DNA of 64,000 bases from Thermoanaerobaculia bacterium (lineage in GTDB: Bacteria > Acidobacteriota > Thermoanaerobaculia > Gp7-AA8): contig DATEZA010000123.1 in NCBI GenBank assembly GCA_035255945.1, forward strand, positions 11,627-75,626, read 5' to 3'. The notes below the pieces were generated by a model that was not told the origin of the DNA, did no database searches, and saw only the letters and a list, made by a program, of their open reading frames with translations. This document shows positions 58,975 through 64,000 of the stretch, one piece after another (within the stretch, counting starts at the first letter, position 1; every line of letters begins with the position of its first letter). Both the position numbers and the translations under genes were made by a program.

Positions 58975-59454
58975 GTGAGCTTCGTCGGTTCGGCACTCCT
59001 TCGACTTTCTTTCGCGATCTTCCGGACTTCTTTCGACGTCGATCGCCAGAATGATTCGGTGAAGAGTGGCAGCGTGGCGATTGCCGTTCCACGTGATCCG
59101 GATCGTGCGCGCGCGATCATTACGCGCGGCCGCCGCATCGCGCGTTATCTCGGGATTGAGTGGATTGCCGTACGAATTGAGCGTGCCGCACTTCCTCGCG
59201 ATCGACGCGGCATGGGGACCGATCTTCGGGATCTCGTAACTGGTCTTGGCGGTCGTTTTCTCTGCGCTGAGGCGCGCGACATCGCGGCGGGACTCATCGA
59301 GGTGTCGCGACGCGAGCACGCGCGGCTCCTTGTGATCGGCAGATCGCGAAGGCCACGGCTCCTGCGTCGGCTGAAGCGCGGCACGACGGAGCGGATTCTG
59401 AGTGCGAAACGACCGTTCGATGTCGTCGTGGCCGATGAAGGAGTGGATCGTTGA
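58975..59454 (+). CDS. universal-stress-protein-like domain protein (KdpD-linker type), possibly a remnant
   Basis: VAIAVPRDPDRARAIITRGRRIARYLG...LLVIGRSRRPRLL...RPFDVVVA resembles a USP fold. GTG start and N-terminus uncertain. Confidence 0.45.
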   Translation: MSFVGSALLRLSFAIFRTSFDVDRQNDSVKSGSVAIAVPRDPDRARAIITRGRRIARYLGIEWIAVRIERAALPRDRRGMGTDLRDLVTGLGGRFLCAEARDIAAGLIEVSRREHARLLVIGRSRRPRLLRRLKRGTTERILSAKRPFDVVVADEGVDR

Positions 59455-59581
59455 ACGATCACGAAGAAGAGCCATCGAAGATTCAGCGCATCAAACGACT
59501 CATCATCGGCCCACCACGTGATGTAACGGACCCGGAGATTTTTCATCACGTCTCGCTGATCGCATTCTTCGCCTGCCACAA

Positions 59582-59624
59582 GCGGGCGTAGCTCAGTTGG
59601 TAGAGTAGGAGCTTCCCAAGCTCT
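59582..59624 (+). pseudogene. 5' fragment of a tRNA-Gly(CCC) gene
   Basis: GCGGGCG-TA-GCTC-AGTTGGTA-GAGT-A-GGAGC-TTCCCAA-GCTCT gives acceptor 5' strand, D arm and anticodon arm. No T arm or acceptor 3' strand follows. Confidence 0.55.
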
Positions 59625-59644
59625 TTGCTCCCTTGGCGCGATCC

Positions 59645-61012
59645 TCACTTTGATCCGTTGGCGTAGCTTCGCGGCAGGATCACGCGAAACGTGGATCCCT
59701 GGCCCCGCTTTGTCGCGAGCTCCAAGCCGGCGTCGAGCAGCTCACACAGCCGCTTGACGATCGATAGTCCGACGCCTTCTCCAGTATGCGCGTCATGGGG
59801 AACTTCTGACGATTCGGAGGGAAGGGTTGTGGCGGGAGGTATGCCGAGGCGCCGATCCGTGCTCATTTCCTGCGCATCCTCAGCCACCTCCGTCGCTTTG
59901 TGAATTTCCTGCGCGAGTGGCGCCGCGTGCTCTTCATCGATGCCCGGCCCTGTGTCGCTGACAGAGAACATCCATCGGTCGGTGTCGCGTCCTTTGTCCT
60001 CTCCCCATGTGACTGATACCCCACCACGCTGCGTGTACTTCACCGCGTTGAGCAACAGATTTTGAAGGATGCGCAGGACCTTCGGCTTGTCGCCCTCGAC
60101 CTGCAGCTCGCCGGGGCCGTCGATCTTCAGAAACAGCCCGCGGTCGGTGGCCGTCACCTGCGAGGCAGTGCAGAAATCGCGGAGGAGCACTGCCGCATCG
60201 AACGTGGTGATCTCGCGTTGTTCCTGCCCCGCTTCGAGACGGGCCAGGCTCAACAGATCATTCAGCATCTCGTGGAGCGACGAGACGCTCTTGCTGAGCA
60301 TGTCGGCGACTTCCGACCGAACTGGATCGGGCATCGCCCCACCTCCCTCATTGAGCAGCGTCGTGGCCCCCTTCACCACCGTGACGCTGCCGCGCAAGTC
60401 GTGCGCAGCCGCGCGCCACCCTTCGGCACGCGAGCGCTCCAGGTTGTGCAGAGTGGTGAGAGCGCGTTCAAGATCGCTGACGTGTCCCGCCGATTCGGTT
60501 TGCTGGAGCCGACCGTACTGAGTCGCGCTCTCGGCGACTCCCTCCGCACACAGCTTGGACCACGCCATACGCGCAGCCGGCATAACGCCGGCATCGAGCG
60601 AGGGATGAGCCGCGGCGTACCGCTCCAATTCCGCGGCCACACACATCTGCAGGTAGCCCCACTCCCGGATCAACTCATTGAGTTGATAGCCTTGCTGCCA
60701 GCGCTGTAAGCCGTGTTCCAGAACCTTCTCAGACTCTTCTTCTTCGGCGCGCGCGCTCGGCATGTCCGGCCACGCCGCGAGCGTATCCGTCAGACAATCG
60801 AGAACAGCTGGGATGTGATCGTTGAACTGGACGCGGGAGAGGGATGACCCGACGTTACGTCCCGGCGCCGCGTCACCATAGGCTCGCCATGAGTCGAGAA
60901 TGATGTCCCGCCGTGCAAGCAGCTCCGCGGCGAGAGCGCTCAACTGCTCTTTGGCGGCTCTTCCCGCAAAGACGGTGTGGACGTCGTGTGCGTCACTGCG
61001 ATCCTGAGTCAT
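59645..61012 (-). CDS. cytoplasmic sensor histidine kinase (orphan)
   Basis: H box AAHDLRGSVTVV, N box LLLNAVKYT, G boxes DTGPGI and GEGVGLSIV, with a long insertion in the ATP lid. N-terminal helical sensor domain (RsbRD_N-like, tentative). No TM segment. Confidence 0.85.
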   Translation of the reverse strand: MTQDRSDAHDVHTVFAGRAAKEQLSALAAELLARRDIILDSWRAYGDAAPGRNVGSSLSRVQFNDHIPAVLDCLTDTLAAWPDMPSARAEEEESEKVLEHGLQRWQQGYQLNELIREWGYLQMCVAAELERYAAAHPSLDAGVMPAARMAWSKLCAEGVAESATQYGRLQQTESAGHVSDLERALTTLHNLERSRAEGWRAAAHDLRGSVTVVKGATTLLNEGGGAMPDPVRSEVADMLSKSVSSLHEMLNDLLSLARLEAGQEQREITTFDAAVLLRDFCTASQVTATDRGLFLKIDGPGELQVEGDKPKVLRILQNLLLNAVKYTQRGGVSVTWGEDKGRDTDRWMFSVSDTGPGIDEEHAAPLAQEIHKATEVAEDAQEMSTDRRLGIPPATTLPSESSEVPHDAHTGEGVGLSIVKRLCELLDAGLELATKRGQGSTFRVILPRSYANGSK

Positions 61013-61031
61013 CGTTCTTTCGCGCGGACAT

Positions 61032-61355
61032 TCAATGAATACCGTTCACGATCTGGAGGACGAGAGTGCTCTGCTCGTCGTTGGTGCATGGGGCCTGCCA
61101 ATATCTCGCTTCTCCCGTGGTAATTAAATTCGCCGGAGCGGATCACGGCCAGCCATTCTTCCTTCCGTGTACGTATCCGGTGATATGCACGAGTGAGTAC
61201 TCGCGCGTAAGGAGTCTGTCGAGATCGTCGGTGCGCGCGCGGATCACCGCCGCGTGGTAGGCGTCGACCGTTCGACGGATCTCGGCCCCACCAGCGTCGT
61301 GCTGCTCACCGGTCGTCATCGTCTTCACGCGCTCTGGTGATTCATTGCCAGTCAC
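61032..61355 (-). pseudogene. frameshifted SnoaL/DUF4440-like gene
   Basis: The 70-aa ORF (61143-61355) ends prematurely. The expected continuation LAVIRSGEFNYHGRSEI and the C-terminal STLVLQIVNGIH are in the other two frames. Confidence 0.45.
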
Positions 61356-61638
61356 TTCATGCCGACGCCGAATCCATGTCCGACGCCACTGTACTTTCGG
61401 TACGCGACCTCGATAGCCGCTCTGCGGAGCGCGGCGACACGGCGCTCCATTGTTGCAGGAGGTGCGATGGCGTCATGCTCACCCGCGACAACAAACGTCG
61501 GTGGCTCGCTCGATGAGAGATCTGCATGACCCGCCGCTGGATGTGATGGACCGGATCAAAGTCCCGGTACAGGGTCACTATGCGGAGATGATCCGGAGAT
61601 TCCGTTGACCAACTCCGGAGCTTCGAGCGCAGCCTCAA
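61352..61638 (-). pseudogene. C-terminal remnant of an alpha/beta hydrolase
   Basis: A start-less 67-codon frame (61555-61352) reads PPTFVVAGEHDAIAPP...AAIEVAYRKYSGVGHGFG (catalytic Asp/His region of esterase/DLH-type hydrolases). Upstream sequence is in another frame and is truncated. Confidence 0.4.
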
Positions 61639-61710
61639 AAGCGCGCGGCGTCGACGCGCAAAAATCTCATGGCAAAGAACGGTGGAGTTCTCCCATGAGC
61701 TCCTGGGCCA

Positions 61711-62664
61711 CTAATCCTCCCGCAACGCGCTCTTGATCACATCCTCGAGCCCGTCCTTCGACCCGTCGTGCCTTTGCGTGTACACCGCGTCGAGCGCCTT
61801 CCGCGCGGAGGCGTTCAGCTGCGATTGCGTCTCCTTGCCGTCGCTCAGTGCGACTGCACGCGCGTAGCAGGTGATCACTTTGTCCAGTTTCTGATTCACC
61901 TGGTCGCGAAGGGCGTTCCCTTCCGGCGAAACGGCCTTGCCGGCGAAGGTCGACTGGTACTTCGTGATCAGAGGCTCGACCTCCGTTTTGTAGGTCAGTC
62001 CGCCGAGCAACTGGTACGTCGTCGCATCCGCGCTGAAGGTGTTCTTCGAACGCGTGACCTCGAGCAGATTGGCGACCGCCTGCTCCGGCGCGGTTTCGGC
62101 GCAGAACACGGCGCTGTAGTAGCGCAGACCGTCCGGCGCATCCTGCGCGGTCGTGAACGGCGCCCAGTCGTCCGTCGTCTTGCCGCTCTCGATCAGCTTG
62201 AGTGCGGCCTGCGAGGCGGCGAGCGATTCGGCGATGTGCGAATGGTCGCCCGCCTTCAGCAGCTTCACGCCGGCAAGCACGAGCGCGAGCTGTAAGCCGA
62301 GGTCGTCGGAATGGGCGGTGAGAAGCGGCTGTGCGGCGGCGAATGCCTGCGCCGGGTTGTTGTTCACCGCGTCGAAGAATGCGAGCTCGACCGCGTTGTC
62401 GTTCTGCTTCTGCCAGTCGCGAACCGTCGAGGCCGCGCTCCGGCTGTTCGGATCGGGACAGTTGCCGTAGATGCGAACGAACGATCTCGCGGTCTTGATG
62501 GCATCGCGCTGCTGCTTGGTGGTGCCGCGCGTCTGCATGATGAACGTGTTGAATAGCGTGTTCCTCGCGTTGACATCGCCGCACGACGACGGCGGCAGTC
62601 CGGCGAAGAGGGACACGGTGGTAAAGGTCAAGAAGATGGAGAAGACGATTTTTGCCTTGATCAT
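61711..62664 (-). CDS. secreted hypothetical helical protein
   Basis: Signal peptide MIKAKIVFSIFLTFTTVSLFA; 317 aa. No family recognised. Confidence 0.6.
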   Translation of the reverse strand: MIKAKIVFSIFLTFTTVSLFAGLPPSSCGDVNARNTLFNTFIMQTRGTTKQQRDAIKTARSFVRIYGNCPDPNSRSAASTVRDWQKQNDNAVELAFFDAVNNNPAQAFAAAQPLLTAHSDDLGLQLALVLAGVKLLKAGDHSHIAESLAASQAALKLIESGKTTDDWAPFTTAQDAPDGLRYYSAVFCAETAPEQAVANLLEVTRSKNTFSADATTYQLLGGLTYKTEVEPLITKYQSTFAGKAVSPEGNALRDQVNQKLDKVITCYARAVALSDGKETQSQLNASARKALDAVYTQRHDGSKDGLEDVIKSALRED

Positions 62665-62726
62665 GGGTCACCCTTGCGCCTCTCTTCTTCAACTTTCATG
62701 CTCGCGCGGTTACCCTCGCGGTCACG

Positions 62727-63365
62727 ATGCAGCGAAACGTCGTCGACCGGACCAGACTGAACAGCAGCGCGACACTCCCCTTCCAGCTGCGGCTCGAGGA
62801 TTTCGCGCTGGCGATGCAGGACGTGTACGACTTCTTCTACGACGTGAACGTCGGACTGGTGGCGAAGGGACTGGAGCGGCTCGATGACATGCTGCGCCCG
62901 GCGAACATGTCGGGCACGATCTCGGACATGCTGACGGCGAGCCTCGCCAAACACTCGCGGACGCTGACGCAGAACCACTACCACAATGGACATCCCGACC
63001 TCGTCGTCCGCGGCGTCTATCCCGCCAATGCCGTGCAAGCCGGCACGGACGGCGTGGAGATCAAGACGACGCGCAAAGCGGGCGGTGCTGTCGACACACA
63101 CGGCGGCCGCGATCAGTGGATGTGCGTGTTCGTGTACGAGGTCGACAACAAATCAGAGCCCGCGCGCGAACGACGGCCGATGCGATTCACTGAGGTGTAC
63201 CTGGGCCAGGTCTGCGAGGCCGACTTCCGCCGCAATCTGCGCGGAGAGAAGGGCACGCCGACGTCGACGTTGAATCGCGAAGCCATGAAGCGGCTTCGCG
63301 AGCACTGGATTTACACGCTGAACGCCGCCAACCTGGCAATCGCGTTCGACGCAATCGCGAAATAG
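62727..63365 (+). CDS. putative type II restriction endonuclease
   Basis: PD-(D/E)xK-like signature HPDLVV...DGVEIKTT (62997-63065). Convergent with, and overlapping by 55 nt, a DNA methyltransferase gene. Confidence 0.55.
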   Translation: MQRNVVDRTRLNSSATLPFQLRLEDFALAMQDVYDFFYDVNVGLVAKGLERLDDMLRPANMSGTISDMLTASLAKHSRTLTQNHYHNGHPDLVVRGVYPANAVQAGTDGVEIKTTRKAGGAVDTHGGRDQWMCVFVYEVDNKSEPARERRPMRFTEVYLGQVCEADFRRNLRGEKGTPTSTLNREAMKRLREHWIYTLNAANLAIAFDAIAK

Positions 63366-64000
63366 CGCGGATCCTTCTCGATCCCGATGCTGCGATAGCC
63401 GACCGCCTCCGCCGCGGCAAGCGTCGACCCCGAGCCTGCGAACGGATCGAGCACGATGCCCGTCCCGAGCGGCAGCACGCCACGCACCAGCGCGCGGAGA
63501 AACGCCTGCGGCTTCAAACTCGGATGCGGCGCGAGGTCGCGCTCTTTCTTGTGCGTCGGCGACGACGGAATCACATCGCCGAACGGCTTGTCCGCCGACG
63601 GCCTCCGAAACCCGCCCGTCCCCCACTTCCGCAAGTTGTCCTGCACGCGCCCCTCGGGCTGTTTGCGGAACAGCACCCACGGCTCCCACATCGAGCGCGG
63701 CATCACGCTCACACCGCTGAACTCTTCGTGCGCATGCTTCGGCCGGTCGCCGCCGCGCATCGTCATCACCAGCCGCACGATCTCGCCGCGCCGCTCCAGA
63801 CCTGCTCGCGACAGCGCCGATGAAACGACGTGCGAGAGCAGCGGATTGCTCGCCACGACGACGTTCGCTCCCGGCACGAGCACCGGCAGCAGCGCCTGCG
63901 CCCACTCGAAAAAGAATCGCGACAACTCCTCGAGATCCTCGGCGGAGAGCACCGTGAAGCGCGGCAGCGGCGATCGCTTCGTGCCGTCGAAGCTCGGCGG
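63311..64000 (-). CDS. beta-class N4/N6 DNA methyltransferase (5' end outside window)
   Basis: C-terminal DPFAGSGSTLAAAEAVGYRSIGIE (AdoMet motif I) and HPSLKPQAFLRALV, typical of PF01555 methylases. The frame is open to the window end. Confidence 0.85.
   Translation of the reverse strand, partial: PPSFDGTKRSPLPRFTVLSAEDLEELSRFFFEWAQALLPVLVPGANVVVASNPLLSHVVSSALSRAGLERRGEIVRLVMTMRGGDRPKHAHEEFSGVSVMPRSMWEPWVLFRKQPEGRVQDNLRKWGTGGFRRPSADKPFGDVIPSSPTHKKERDLAPHPSLKPQAFLRALVRGVLPLGTGIVLDPFAGSGSTLAAAEAVGYRSIGIEKDPRYFAIASNAIARLAAFSV

Noticed and set aside
59582-59660. A complete tRNA-Gly gene.
   Set aside because: After the anticodon arm, the sequence TTGCTCCCTTGGCGCGATCCTCAC cannot form a T arm or pair with the acceptor 5' strand. 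Only the 5' ~43 nt are tRNA-like.

Overview
This is a 64-kb high-GC bacterial chromosomal segment; hand spot counts give about 58-72% G+C in backbone genes. The gene content (a TIGR03436-like VWA protein, an M64 peptidase, TMTC/PMT-like GT-C+TPR paralogs, a GerMN/AmiC pair) and the many GC-rich palindromic repeats suggest an Acidobacteriota-like soil bacterium, which is inference only. About 55 protein genes are supportable. They include housekeeping genes (acs, fabG-like, tmk, holB, queA, mogA, an RluA-type synthase, an AmiC-type amidase) and many signalling proteins (hybrid HK, REC-Ser/Thr kinase fusion, 1262-aa NtrY-like HK, orphan cytoplasmic HK). There is also an mprF-virJ-virJ-ABC envelope-lipid cluster and one intact tRNA-Val(CAC). 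The most notable observations are: (i) An 8.9-kb lower-GC island (49918-58782) is bounded by an exact 45-bp direct repeat of the tRNA-Val 3' half. It carries a receptor Ser/Thr kinase with five Ig-like repeats, an excisionase-type HTH gene without a usable start, and a roughly 1700-aa NACHT/STAND-like P-loop NTPase with a nuclease-like N-terminus that is split by a frameshift. It has no integrase. (ii) Decayed accessory DNA lies downstream, with a tRNA-Gly 5' fragment, gene remnants and a convergent type II R-M pair at the window end. (iii) A duplicated secreted-protein gene pair flanks a dead subtilase. (iv) A low-GC intergenic region of about 300 nt ends in a strong minus-strand terminator and is a candidate sRNA. 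(v) At least seven families of structured palindromic repeats are present, including a 185-bp tandem triplication that copies the 3' ends of both flanking genes and an in-frame repeat insertion inside a membrane glycosyltransferase gene. I recognised no rRNA, CRISPR array, transposase or integrase gene. All family assignments come from reading motifs by eye; no database search was run.
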